Source of the DNA: Eubacteriales bacterium
Lineage (GTDB): Bacteria > Bacillota > Clostridia > Oscillospirales > CAG-272
Length of the DNA: 50,857 nucleotides
Reading direction: 5' to 3'
NCBI GenBank assembly: GCA_045637265.1
Contig: JAZTZC010000130.1
Coordinates: forward strand, 1-50,857
This document shows, piece by piece, positions 26,359 to 35,703 of this stretch. The notes beneath the pieces are model-generated. The model made no database searches, was not told the origin of the DNA, and saw only the letters and a list, made by a program, of their open reading frames with translations. Numbering within the stretch: position 1 is the first letter of the stretch; each line of letters opens with the position of its first letter. A program made the translations under genes and the position numbers.

Positions 26359-26913
26359 ATGAGCGAACGCCAATTCAAAACAGCATTGATGGATGAATCC
26401 GCGGTCAATCGCGCGCTGATCCGTATTACACATGAAATTGTGGAAAAAAATAAAGGATGTCAGGATATCTGTCTTGTCGGCATTCACCGCCGCGGTGTTC
26501 CGATCGCGCATATTCTGCGTGAAAACCTGTTTCACGTGGACGGCGTGGATGTCCCGATCGATGCGCTTGACATCACCATGTACCGTGACGATCTGTCCGA
26601 GCGCCCCGATCTTCCGCTGCCGCACACACCGATGGTCGAAGACAAGCCGCTGTCCGTCGACATTCATGGAAAGACCGTCGTCCTTGTTGACGATGTCATC
26701 TATACCGGACGCACGATCCGCGCCGCCATCGAAGCGCTGTTCCGTCATGGCAGACCCGCCGCTGTCCAGCTCGCCGTACTGGTCGACCGCGGACACCGTG
26801 AGCTTCCCATCCGTCCCGATTATGTCGGCAAAAATGTTCCCACGTCCCGTGAGGAAATCGTAGATGTCCATATGAAGGACATTGATGGTGACGTCGGCGT
26901 GTATCTGATCTGA
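26359..26913 (+). CDS. pyrR: bifunctional pyr operon regulator / uracil phosphoribosyltransferase PyrR
   Basis: 184 aa. [25 protein letters not shown] and the PRPP motif [17 protein letters not shown]. Confidence 0.9.
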   Translation: MSERQFKTALMDESAVNRALIRITHEIVEKNKGCQDICLVGIHRRGVPIAHILRENLFHVDGVDVPIDALDITMYRDDLSERPDLPLPHTPMVEDKPLSVDIHGKTVVLVDDVIYTGRTIRAAIEALFRHGRPAAVQLAVLVDRGHRELPIRPDYVGKNVPTSREEIVDVHMKDIDGDVGVYLI

Positions 26914-26976
26914 AAATATCACCCGAACAGGTCAGTTCCGGTGTATTTATAGAAAATTTATCTTTGGAGGTATTTC

Positions 26977-28311
26977 ATGAAACTGACTTACGACATCCAC
27001 GAAAAACCCAAATTCGGGCAGAATCTCGTCTTCGCGCTCCAGCAGCTGCTGGCAATCATCGCGGCGACGCTGCTCGTCCCCACACTCGTCAACGGCTCCA
27101 ACGGCGGCGTTCTGACCATGGACCCGCCCGCAGCACTGTTCGGCGCCGGCGTCGGTACCCTTTGTTACATTCTGATTACGCGCCGCAAATCCCCTGTCTT
27201 CCTCGGCTCTTCCTTTGCATTCATCAGCCCGCTGATCGGTGCCTGTGCATACGGCTCCGGCGGTATCGTCCTCGGCTCCCTGATCGCAGGTCTTGTTTAT
27301 GTTATCATCTCCGTCATCATGATGTTCGTCGGCACGGCATGGGTCAATAAGCTCCTCCCGCCCGTCATCATCGGTCCGACCGTTGCGCTCATCGGTCTTT
27401 CCCTCTGCGGCTCCGCTGTCAACAACATCAACAACACGGCTGTCGGTGATTACAACCTCTTTGCGATCCTCACCGGTCTTGTTACCTTTGTTGCAACCAT
27501 CATCGCTGCAGTCAAGGGCTCCAAGATGATGAAGCTCATTCCGTTCATCATCGGTATCGGTGTTGGTTACGTCTTTGCATCCCTTCTGACCGTCATCGGT
27601 ATGCTCGCCGATGTTCCCTCCATGCAGCTCGTCAACTACAGCGCACTGACCACGATGGATTCCATCATCCACGTTCCGCAGTTCACCATCGTTGAAGCGA
27701 TCAAGGAAGGCTTCTCCGGCATCAACGGTGCTTCCATCGTTTCCCTCATCGGTCTGTTCGCACCTGTCGGCTTCGTCGTTCTCGCCGAGCACATCGGTGA
27801 CCACAAGAACCTCTCCACCATCATTGACCGTGACCTCATCACCGATCCTGGTCTGGACAAGACCGTCATGGGTGACGGTGTCGGTACGATCGTCGGTTCC
27901 GTTCTCGGCGGCTGTCCGAACACAACCTACGGCGAATGTGTAGGATGCGTCGCAATCACCGGCAACGCTTCCATCTACACCATCTGCACCACCGCCATCA
28001 TGGCAATGGTTCTCTCCTTCTTCAATCCCTTCGTTCAGTTTGTCAACACCATTCCGGTCTGTGTCATCGGCGGTATCTGCATCGCGCTGTACGGCTTCAT
28101 CGCAGTTTCCGGTCTGAAGATGATCCAGAAGGTCGATCTGAATGACAACCGCTATCTGCTCGTTGTTGCATCCATCCTCGTTCCCGGTATCGGCGGTCTG
28201 ACCCTGAACCTCGGTCCGATCACGCTGACCAACATCGCAACGGCGCTCATCATCGGTATCGTTGTCAACGCCATTCTTTCCATCGGCGAAAAGAAGAACG
28301 CAAAAGAATAA
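26977..28311 (+). CDS. pyrP: uracil permease (NCS2 family)
   Basis: 444 aa, about 12-14 TM helices. N-terminal [17 protein letters not shown] and [11 protein letters not shown]-type NCS2 motifs. Sits directly after pyrR. A GGAGG RBS is present. Confidence 0.85.
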   Translation: MKLTYDIHEKPKFGQNLVFALQQLLAIIAATLLVPTLVNGSNGGVLTMDPPAALFGAGVGTLCYILITRRKSPVFLGSSFAFISPLIGACAYGSGGIVLGSLIAGLVYVIISVIMMFVGTAWVNKLLPPVIIGPTVALIGLSLCGSAVNNINNTAVGDYNLFAILTGLVTFVATIIAAVKGSKMMKLIPFIIGIGVGYVFASLLTVIGMLADVPSMQLVNYSALTTMDSIIHVPQFTIVEAIKEGFSGINGASIVSLIGLFAPVGFVVLAEHIGDHKNLSTIIDRDLITDPGLDKTVMGDGVGTIVGSVLGGCPNTTYGECVGCVAITGNASIYTICTTAIMAMVLSFFNPFVQFVNTIPVCVIGGICIALYGFIAVSGLKMIQKVDLNDNRYLLVVASILVPGIGGLTLNLGPITLTNIATALIIGIVVNAILSIGEKKNAKE

Positions 28312-28327
28312 TTACGGTTTTCCAAAG

Positions 28328-28359
28328 TCTCCCGTGTCTGTCCGGCGCGGGAGATTTTT
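28328..28359 (+). terminator. intrinsic terminator after pyrP
   Basis: TCTCCCG (28328..28334) / CGGGAGA (28348..28354) stem, then T5. Confidence 0.65.
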
Positions 28360-28374
28360 GTTTCACGTGAAACA
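28359..28374. promoter_or_regulatory. parS: parS site (ParB/Spo0J loading site)
   Basis: TGTTTCACGTGAAACA, a perfect 16-bp palindrome that fits the Firmicutes parS consensus TGTTNCACGTGAAACA. Intergenic. Confidence 0.85.
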
Positions 28375-28414
28375 ATGCAAATTCAACTTTTTTGTAAAAT
28401 TTCCTCTGCAAATC

Positions 28415-28443
28415 TTGTATTGCAAGCGATTTTGCTATATAAT
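28415..28443 (+). promoter_or_regulatory. SigA-type promoter of lepA
   Basis: TTGTAT (28415..28420), 17 nt, TATAAT (28438..28443). Confidence 0.5.
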
Positions 28444-28519
28444 ATATGCAGATCAATTCTGCCGTTGCGGGACCCTTTCGTTCCTGCGGCAAAACTATAC
28501 AGAAGGAATCATATCGAAC

Positions 28520-30331
28520 ATGCCAAATCAGGATCATATCAGAAATTTTTGCATCATTGCACATATCGACCACGGTAAGTCCACCCTTGCTGACCGACTG
28601 CTGGAAAAAACGGAAACCGTTTCCCAGCGCGACATGGAAGAGCAGCTGCTCGATAATATGGACATCGAGCGCGAACGCGGCATTACCATCAAAGCACGTG
28701 CCGTTCATCTGAATTATAAAGCATCTGACGGCGAAACCTATACGCTCAATCTGATCGACACTCCCGGTCACGTTGACTTCAACTACGAGGTTTCCCGTTC
28801 GCTCAATGCGTGTGAGGGCGCCATTCTCATCGTCGACTCGACACAGGGTGTCGAAGCACAGACGCTTGCCAATGCATTCCTCGCCGTAGACAACAACCTT
28901 GAAATTCTGCCCGTCGTCAATAAGATCGACCTTCCCTCCGCAGATGTTGCACGTGTTCAGGCGGAAATCGAAGACATCATCGGTATTCCCGCCGAGGGCT
29001 GTCCTGCAATCTCCGCAAAGACAGGTCTGAACGTCGGCGATGTTCTTGAGCATATCGTCACCGATATTCCCGCACCCACAGGTGATGCGGACGCACCGCT
29101 CAAAGCGCTGATTTTTGACTCTTATTACGATCCCTATCTCGGTGTCGTTGTTCTGATCCGTATCTTCGACGGTACGCTTTCCGCAGGTCAGCGCATCCGC
29201 ATGATGCACACCGGTGCGGAATTTGATGTCATCGAAGTCGGTACCATGGACGCATTCGGTCTGTCAAAGAAGGAATCTCTGTCCGCAGGCGATGTCGGTT
29301 ACATCACCGCATCGATCAAAAATGTAGCGGATACCCGCGTCGGTGATACCGTCACGACCGTGGAAAACGGAACGCCCGAACCGCTCCCCGGCTTCAAAAA
29401 GGCACAGCCGATGGTCTACTCCGGTATTTATGCCGCCGATTCCGCAAAATACCCCGAACTGCGCGAAGCACTGGAAAAGCTGCAGCTCAACGATGCTGCT
29501 CTGACCTTTGAACCGGAAACATCCGCGGCACTGGGCTTTGGTTTCCGCTGCGGCTTCCTCGGACTGCTTCATATGGAAATCATTCAGGAACGTCTGGAAC
29601 GCGAATTCAATCTTGACCTGATCACAACCGTTCCCAGCGTTATTTACCGCATCACAAAGAAAGACGGAACGGTCCTGATGATCGACAACCCGCTCGACAT
29701 CCCCGTCCCCGAAGAAATTGAAATCTCCGAAGAACCGATCGTAAAAGCAAATATTCTGACGCCCAACGATTACGTCGGTTCGATCATGCAGCTTTGCCAG
29801 GATCGCCGCGGTACATTCATCGACATGAAGTACATGGAAAACGACCGTGTCGAGCTGCACTACCACCTGCCGCTCGCTGAAATCATTTACGACTTCTTCG
29901 ACGCACTGAAGAGCCGTTCCAAGGGTTATGCGTCCCTTGACTATGAACTGCTCGGTTATGAACCTTCCAAACTGGTCAAGCTCGATATTCTGCTCAACGG
30001 CGATCTGGTCGATGCGCTTTCGTTTATCGTCTTCGCAGACAACGCCTATTCCCGCGGCAGAAAGATCGTCGAAAAGCTGCGCGACAATATCCCGCGCCAG
30101 CTGTTTGAAATTCCGGTTCAGGCTGCCATCGGCGGAAAGGTCATTGCACGTGAAACCGTTCGCGCCATGCGCAAAGACGTCCTTGCCAAGTGCTACGGCG
30201 GTGACATCACGAGAAAGAAGAAGCTGCTCGAAAAGCAGAAGGAAGGTAAAAAGCGTATGCGTCAGTTCGGTTCCGTCGAGGTTCCGCCGGAAGCATTCAT
30301 GGCGGTGCTCAAGCTCGATGACGAGGATTGA
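28520..30331 (+). CDS. lepA: translation elongation factor 4 (LepA)
   Basis: The track ORF starts at 28262, but homology begins at Met 28520: [36 protein letters not shown] and NKIDL GTPase motifs. 603 aa. Confidence 0.92.
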   Translation: MPNQDHIRNFCIIAHIDHGKSTLADRLLEKTETVSQRDMEEQLLDNMDIERERGITIKARAVHLNYKASDGETYTLNLIDTPGHVDFNYEVSRSLNACEGAILIVDSTQGVEAQTLANAFLAVDNNLEILPVVNKIDLPSADVARVQAEIEDIIGIPAEGCPAISAKTGLNVGDVLEHIVTDIPAPTGDADAPLKALIFDSYYDPYLGVVVLIRIFDGTLSAGQRIRMMHTGAEFDVIEVGTMDAFGLSKKESLSAGDVGYITASIKNVADTRVGDTVTTVENGTPEPLPGFKKAQPMVYSGIYAADSAKYPELREALEKLQLNDAALTFEPETSAALGFGFRCGFLGLLHMEIIQERLEREFNLDLITTVPSVIYRITKKDGTVLMIDNPLDIPVPEEIEISEEPIVKANILTPNDYVGSIMQLCQDRRGTFIDMKYMENDRVELHYHLPLAEIIYDFFDALKSRSKGYASLDYELLGYEPSKLVKLDILLNGDLVDALSFIVFADNAYSRGRKIVEKLRDNIPRQLFEIPVQAAIGGKVIARETVRAMRKDVLAKCYGGDITRKKKLLEKQKEGKKRMRQFGSVEVPPEAFMAVLKLDDED

Positions 30332-30341
30332 CGATTCCGCC

Positions 30342-30357
30342 TGTTCCACGTGAAACA
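30342..30357. promoter_or_regulatory. parS: parS site
   Basis: TGTTCCACGTGAAACA, identical to the B. subtilis consensus parS. Lies in the lepA-hemW spacer. Confidence 0.85.
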
Positions 30358-30383
30358 CTCCATCTGAAAAGGAGGAACATTTC

Positions 30384-32003
30384 ATGAAAAAATTCAACAA
30401 AAAGAAAACGATACCTGCCGATAACGTCGCGGAAAAGGGTGCCGCAACGCAGGAAATGGAAGCCATTATGGATGCAGCATCGGAAGATACTGCGGATATC
30501 GATCTGCTCCTTGACGAAAACGCCCCCAAGGAAGACCTTACGACGGAAGAAACCGATACCGATGACGGCATCGATGATATCCCCGACGCGCTGGATCCAG
30601 TCCCGGCAGAAGATACCGCCGCACCTGCAGAAGAACCTGCCGCGGTTCTGCCCATAAAAGAGGAATCACCCGCTGATGCAAGGCCGGACGATGATGTCGA
30701 GGAAGAAGATGACGATCTTCAGCCGACGGAACCTGCGCCCGATGAGGAAGTATCCGTATCTTCTGCAGCCGATGATACTGCCGCAGAAGCCGATGCATCC
30801 TACAAAAATCTCGGTCTTTATCTGCATATCCCGTTCTGCAAGAGCAAATGCGCATACTGCGACTTTTATTCCTCCGACAAAATCGTCTGTCAGGGACACA
30901 AAACCCCCGAAGAAATGAAGCTGTACTGCAATGCGCTGAAAAACAATATGCGCATCATCTCCGAACGCACGACGCAGTATAATGTCGACACGGTCTTCAT
31001 CGGCGGCGGTACACCGACGGCTCTTCCCGCAAAACTGCTCCTTGATGTTGTAAAGGAAGTGGAAAACGACTTCTATCTTGATGACAACTGTGAGTTCTCG
31101 GTAGAAATGAATCCCGCAACAGCCGACCGCCGTCTTCTGAAAAAGCTGCGGAAAGCCGGCGTCAATCGTCTCTCCATTGGACTTCAGTCGGCGCATAACC
31201 ATGAGCTCGCCGCGCTGTCCCGTATTCATACCGCAGGCGACTTTACGGAATGTTTTCAGATGGCACGAGAAGCCGGATTTGACAACATCAATATTGATGT
31301 CATGTACGGTATTCCCGAACAGACCAAAAGCTCGTTTATGGAAACGCTGGAATTTGTTGTTTCCATGAAGCCGGAGCATATTTCCATGTACAACCTCCGC
31401 ATTGAAGACGGTACACCGTTCGGTGAGAAAAAGCATATGCTGCCTCTTCCTGATGAAGATACCGAGTGTGAGATGTATTTCGACGGCATCGATTTCCTTG
31501 CTTCACACGGATACCGTCAGTATGAAATTTCCAACTTCGCACGGGACGGATACGAATGTCGCCATAATCTCCGTTATTGGCTCGGAGAGGAATACATCGG
31601 ATGCGGTCCTGCAGCTCACAGCTTTTTTGGCGGAAGACGCTTCTCTCTGCGCCGTTCTCTCGCACAATACTGCAAGCTGCTTGAAACCAAGGGAACGTCT
31701 CTGCCCTCTTCTCTGCTCGACGAATCTTACGTCATCGACCGCAAAGAAGAAGTCGCTGAATATCTCATGCTCCGTCTGCGCCTTGCAAAGGGTATCGATA
31801 CCGCCGACTTCCGCACACGCTTCGGCGCTGATTTCGATGAGATCTTCGCAAAAAAGCTTGAAATCTACATCAAAAACGGCTTGATGACCCATGAGAACGG
31901 TCATTATGCGTTCACGCCGCAGGGCATGTTCGTCTCCAATGAGATCCTCTCCCGTATCATCCCGTTTGAAACCAAATACGAAAAGGGCGGAAAAAACAGA
32001 TAA
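30384..32003 (+). CDS. hemW: radical SAM heme chaperone HemW-like protein with long acidic N-terminal extension
   Basis: 539 aa. An AAAGGAGGA RBS precedes ATG 30384. The radical SAM cluster motif LHIPFCKSKCAYCDFYS starts only about 150 aa in. HNLRYW motif later. The usual lepA-hemW adjacency is present. Confidence 0.85.
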   Translation: MKKFNKKKTIPADNVAEKGAATQEMEAIMDAASEDTADIDLLLDENAPKEDLTTEETDTDDGIDDIPDALDPVPAEDTAAPAEEPAAVLPIKEESPADARPDDDVEEEDDDLQPTEPAPDEEVSVSSAADDTAAEADASYKNLGLYLHIPFCKSKCAYCDFYSSDKIVCQGHKTPEEMKLYCNALKNNMRIISERTTQYNVDTVFIGGGTPTALPAKLLLDVVKEVENDFYLDDNCEFSVEMNPATADRRLLKKLRKAGVNRLSIGLQSAHNHELAALSRIHTAGDFTECFQMAREAGFDNINIDVMYGIPEQTKSSFMETLEFVVSMKPEHISMYNLRIEDGTPFGEKKHMLPLPDEDTECEMYFDGIDFLASHGYRQYEISNFARDGYECRHNLRYWLGEEYIGCGPAAHSFFGGRRFSLRRSLAQYCKLLETKGTSLPSSLLDESYVIDRKEEVAEYLMLRLRLAKGIDTADFRTRFGADFDEIFAKKLEIYIKNGLMTHENGHYAFTPQGMFVSNEILSRIIPFETKYEKGGKNR

Positions 32004-32035
32004 ACGCTGTCAATATCCGCACACATGATTATCCC

Positions 32036-32491
32036 ATGTCCAAAACAAAAAAGAAGAAGAAAAAGAACCATCATATTGCATCCCCCGAAGAATATGCAAA
32101 CGCCAAATCCGCACTGAAGGATCGGGTCAAACAGTTCAACGGCAAGCTCGCACTCCTGATGCTCGGGATCTTTGCTGTGCTCACGCTGATATATTATATC
32201 CTGCTCGCCATGCACGTATTTTGGGTAACTCCTGTCCTTTACACGCTTGCCGCAACACTGTTTGTCGTATTTTTCTTCGTCAACGGCGGATTTTCCAGAG
32301 AACCCGTTTCACGTGAAATCCTTTCCGACACCTGGTCGGAAGAAAAAAAGGATGCGTTCATCGAAAATGATATCAAACGCAAAGCGATCGGCAGAAAAAT
32401 CATGATTGTCATGACACCCGTACTGCTTCTGGTACTCGTCGATATGGTCATTCTGTTTCTTCTGCCCATACTGACCCAAAGCAATCCGTAA
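32036..32491 (+). CDS. small membrane protein, hypothetical
   Basis: 151 aa. Lys-rich N-terminus (MSKTKKKKKKNHH) and three hydrophobic helices. No family recognised. Contains a degenerate parS-like 16-mer at 32305..32320. Confidence 0.5.
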   Translation: MSKTKKKKKKNHHIASPEEYANAKSALKDRVKQFNGKLALLMLGIFAVLTLIYYILLAMHVFWVTPVLYTLAATLFVVFFFVNGGFSREPVSREILSDTWSEEKKDAFIENDIKRKAIGRKIMIVMTPVLLLVLVDMVILFLLPILTQSNP

Positions 32492-32518
32492 TGAAAATAC
32501 AGAAAGCGATCCATCACA

Positions 32519-33298
32519 ATGACTGTTTCCAAAGAGCAATTTACAGACCGTTTTTTCCGTGCACTATCTGTCAACAGCAAAACCCTCGGCACAGACAACG
32601 CGCTTGAACCGTATATGCAGCCCTCCGTCGCCGAAACCTTTTATACGCTGACAGAGGAAATGCTCCGTGTCAATGCATTCATGAATCTGACGGCGATCAC
32701 CGAGGTTGACGAAATTCTCGTCAAGCACTACGCCGACTGCGCGCTGGTCGCACCCCTTCTCCCCGAAGGTGCCAAGCTCTGCGATGTCGGTACCGGCGGC
32801 GGATTCCCTTCCCTGCCGATTGCCATTCTGCGCCCGGATGTATCCGTGCTTGCCGTCGATTCCACACAGAAAAAGCTCGATTATGTCGCAAATACCGCCG
32901 CTCTTCTCGGACTTTCCAATCTGCGTATCCAGGCGGCCAGAGCGGAAACACTCGGTCAGATGCCCGAATTCAGAGAAGCCTTTGATGTCGTTACCGCTCG
33001 CGCTGTCGCACGAATGAATGTCCTCTGCGAGTGGTGCTTGCCGCTCGTCAAAAAGGGAGGTATCTTCCTTGCAATGAAAGGGCGCGACGGCATGACCGAA
33101 TATGAAGAAGCAAAAAATGCCATTGACATTCTCGGCGGTATCGCACAGCTGACAGCCCCCTATGTCCTGCGTGATCCGTTTACCCAAGAAGATACGGGTG
33201 ACGCGATGTCCCGTGTTCTGCTTTGCGTGAAAAAGCGTCAGTTTACGCCAAAGCAGTATCCGCGCGCAAATGCGCAAATTTCAAAGAAACCGTTATAA
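32519..33298 (+). CDS. rsmG: 16S rRNA (guanine527-N7)-methyltransferase
   Basis: 259 aa. MNLTAITEVDEILVKHYADC, DVGTGGGFPSLPIAI SAM motif, VTARAVA motif. Confidence 0.88.
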   Translation: MTVSKEQFTDRFFRALSVNSKTLGTDNALEPYMQPSVAETFYTLTEEMLRVNAFMNLTAITEVDEILVKHYADCALVAPLLPEGAKLCDVGTGGGFPSLPIAILRPDVSVLAVDSTQKKLDYVANTAALLGLSNLRIQAARAETLGQMPEFREAFDVVTARAVARMNVLCEWCLPLVKKGGIFLAMKGRDGMTEYEEAKNAIDILGGIAQLTAPYVLRDPFTQEDTGDAMSRVLLCVKKRQFTPKQYPRANAQISKKPL

Positions 33299-33306
33299 TC
33301 CATCGT

Positions 33307-33353
33307 TTCCCGTCCGCAAGCTCCATGAGTTTGGGACGGGAATTTTGTTTTTT
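33307..33353 (+). terminator. intrinsic terminator after rsmG
   Basis: TTCCCGTCC (33307..33315) / GGACGGGAA (33334..33342) stem, followed by TTTTGTTTTTT. Confidence 0.7.
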
Positions 33354-33465
33354 GGCACATTCTGCATGCAAAACAGCACGGATTATCCCACGCACTTCTC
33401 TTTTTTCGCCTCCCAAATCCGCCTCTCTTTTTCTCTGATCTGTGGTATCATTACAGGCACAGCGA

Positions 33466-33499
33466 TGTTTCCCGCCGTTTCCGCATTTCCCGTGAAACA
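33466..33499. promoter_or_regulatory. cluster of ParB-type half-sites ending in a chimeric parS/NBS-like 16-mer
   Basis: TGTTTCCCGCCGTTTCCGCATTTCCCGTGAAACA. The last 16 nt, CATTTCCCGTGAAACA (33484..33499), match parS at 13/16. The left half, ATTTCCCG, equals the Noc-binding-site half. The right half, CGTGAAACA, equals the parS half. It ends 34 nt upstream of the ParB-paralog start. Confidence 0.4.
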
Positions 33500-33533
33500 C
33501 AAAAATACATATCAAGATCGGAGATTCCCATAT

Positions 33534-34652
33534 ATGGAACATTTCACCCAACTTGCACTTGAACCAGCAAAGCAGCTCATTGAAAATCTCATTACATTTC
33601 CCGCCGCCGTTCTGTCGGATTCCGCAGAACGAAAGCAGGAAAAACATAAACAGCTTCATTCCCGTCTGGAACTAAAGGAAAAAGAAGAAGAACTTGAAAA
33701 ACTGCAGTCTTCCCTGATTGCAAGAACTGCCGCACTGCAGGAAAAAGAAATTCTCCTGTCCGAGCGATGGGATGCGGGACGCATTTACGCAATCGCGCCC
33801 ACGGAAATTGCCGCAAATCCCTATCAGCCGCGCCGCGAATTTGACGATATCTCGCTGTTCTCCCTCGCCAACAGCATCCGTGAACACGGCATCCTCCAGC
33901 CGCTGACTGTTCGGCGCATACAAACAAACGAAGCATCGACAATTCCCACTTCACAAATAGGGGCAGAAACATCCTATCAATTGATCGCAGGAGAACGCCG
34001 TTTGCGGGCCGCTATTGCCATTGGCATGGAAACCGTTCCCTGCATCATCCTCGATGCGGACAACCGTCGTGCCGCCGAGCTTGCGCTGATTGAAAATCTG
34101 CAGAGAGAAAACCTCAATATGTTTGAGCAGGCGGGGGCCATTGCAGCACTGATCGATATGCATGCGATGACACAGGAGGAGATTGCACGCACGCTGTCGC
34201 TATCACAGTCCTGCGTTGCAAACAAACTGCGGCTTCTGCGCTTGACGACAGAGGAGCGCGACACCATCCTCTGCGCACATCTGACAGAGCGTCACGCGCG
34301 TGCTTTTCTGCGTATTAAGGATCTCGATGTGCGCCGCAGGACGGTACGAATGGTTTCCGAGCGAGGCTTCAATGTCGCACAGACCGAGGAATACATCGAT
34401 TCCCTTCTGACAACATCTCCGTTTATGCAAACAATTTCGATCAGCGAAAAAGAAGCACAACAGGAAACCGTGAAACAGACACCACGGCGGCAAAACAAAA
34501 AATGTATTCTCAAGGATCTTCGTCTGTTTTTTAATACAATCGAGCATGCTGTCTCCGCCGCAAGAGAAGCCGGATTTCAAGCAGACAGCACCCGCACGGA
34601 AACCGAGGACGGCATCACGCTGACGGTAAGCATCCGCACGGCGCATATTTAA
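33534..34652 (+). CDS. ParB/Spo0J-family paralog (Noc-like position) with N-terminal coiled-coil extension
   Basis: The track ORF starts at 33270. GGAGA lies 9 nt before ATG 33534 (372 aa). ParB N-domain IAANPYQPRREF ... GILQPLTVR ... LIAGERRLRAA. HTH TQEEIARTLSLSQSCVANKLRLLRL. About 75 aa of charged heptad-like sequence (KQEKHKQLHSRLELKEKEEELEKLQSSLIARTAALQEKE) precede the ParB box. Confidence 0.8.
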   Translation: MEHFTQLALEPAKQLIENLITFPAAVLSDSAERKQEKHKQLHSRLELKEKEEELEKLQSSLIARTAALQEKEILLSERWDAGRIYAIAPTEIAANPYQPRREFDDISLFSLANSIREHGILQPLTVRRIQTNEASTIPTSQIGAETSYQLIAGERRLRAAIAIGMETVPCIILDADNRRAAELALIENLQRENLNMFEQAGAIAALIDMHAMTQEEIARTLSLSQSCVANKLRLLRLTTEERDTILCAHLTERHARAFLRIKDLDVRRRTVRMVSERGFNVAQTEEYIDSLLTTSPFMQTISISEKEAQQETVKQTPRRQNKKCILKDLRLFFNTIEHAVSAAREAGFQADSTRTETEDGITLTVSIRTAHI

Positions 34653-34670
34653 CAGAAATACGACAGATTT

Positions 34671-34686
34671 TGTTTCACGTGAAACA
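34671..34686. promoter_or_regulatory. parS: parS site
   Basis: TGTTTCACGTGAAACA, a perfect palindrome. Lies 19 nt after the ParB-paralog stop and 70 nt upstream of the parA -35. Confidence 0.85.
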
Positions 34687-34755
34687 GAAAACAAAAGGAA
34701 ATTGCGAATATTCGGTAAATTTTTTATGTTCCGACGATTATTTTATGCACACTTC

Positions 34756-34784
34756 TTGACGCAGAAGCGCGAAAGTGCTATAAT
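34756..34784 (+). promoter_or_regulatory. SigA-type promoter of parA-parB
   Basis: TTGACG (34756..34761), 17 nt, TATAAT (34779..34784). Confidence 0.5.
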
Positions 34785-34879
34785 ATTATATATATGATTT
34801 TTATCATCATTCCGTTTCAGAAATCGTCAGAAAGGAGTTGCCCGGAACAGATTCTCATGATCCGCGGCGGAATATCGCT

Positions 34880-35647
34880 ATGGCAAACGCAAAAATCGTC
34901 ACCTTTGCAAACCAAAAGGGCGGTGTCGGCAAATCTACATCTGTAGTAAATATAGCGGCTTCTCTCGGTGTTCTCGGCAAGCGCGTTCTTGTCGTTGACG
35001 TCGACCCGCAGGGCAACACCACCTCCGGCTTCGGTATCAGCAAAAAGTCTTCCGCAGGTACGGTTTACGATGTGCTGATCGGCAGATCGGATGCCGCAGA
35101 CGCGGTACAGAAAACGGAATTTGAGAATATCTCCGTCATCCCCGCAAACATTTCGCTTGCAGGTGCGGAATTTGAACTGGTCATGGCCGACAACAGAGAG
35201 TCCCGTCTCAAAACCGCATTGGAGCCGCTTGCCGACCGGTATGACTACATTCTGATCGACTGTCCCCCTTCCCTCGGTATTCTGACCATCAACGCACTTG
35301 TCTGCGCCGACGGTCTGGTCGTCCCGATGCAGTGTGAATATTATTCACTGGAGGGTCTGTCCCAGCTGATGCTCAGTGTAAAACAGATCAAAAAGCGCTT
35401 CAATCCCGCATTGCAGCTGACGGGCATTCTGATTACCATGTACAACGGTCGTCTGAATCTTTCCACACAGGTTATGGACGAGCTGAAAAAATATTACGCA
35501 GGAAAAATTTTCAATACCGCAATTTCCCGCAACGTCAAGCTGTCGGAAGCTCCCAGCTTCGGTCAGCCTGTCTGGTACTACGATAAATTCTCAAAGGGCG
35601 CGGCACTGTATCATGAGGTTGCAAAGGAACTGATGCAGAAAATCTGA
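34880..35647 (+). CDS. parA: chromosome partitioning ATPase ParA/Soj
   Basis: Homology starts at Met 34880: MANAKIVTFANQKGGVGKSTS (deviant Walker A). 255 aa. The track start, TTG 34838, abuts the AAAGGAG with no spacer, so the exact start is uncertain. Confidence 0.88.
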   Translation: MANAKIVTFANQKGGVGKSTSVVNIAASLGVLGKRVLVVDVDPQGNTTSGFGISKKSSAGTVYDVLIGRSDAADAVQKTEFENISVIPANISLAGAEFELVMADNRESRLKTALEPLADRYDYILIDCPPSLGILTINALVCADGLVVPMQCEYYSLEGLSQLMLSVKQIKKRFNPALQLTGILITMYNGRLNLSTQVMDELKKYYAGKIFNTAISRNVKLSEAPSFGQPVWYYDKFSKGAALYHEVAKELMQKI

Positions 35648-35703
35648 TTCCACTCCAAAGCAGCCGCAGTCCCTCATCATGCAGAAAGGATCATCATCCC
35701 ACA

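Noticed and set aside
26528-26543. parS-like TGTTTCACGTGGACGG inside pyrR.
   Set aside because: Only the left half-site matches (12/16) and the right arm is lost. This is most likely a chance match within coding sequence.
33270-33533. N-terminal extensions offered by the ORF track: 33270 for the ParB paralog, 28262 for lepA, 43929 for dnaN, 24496 for spoVG, 41313 for lexA, 17001 for the lipoprotein, 10245 for the GRE and 21156 for the transglutaminase.
   Set aside because: The extensions cross terminators, promoters, parS sites or the oriC spacer. They lack an RBS. Homology and a good Shine-Dalgarno begin at the internal Met used in the feature table.
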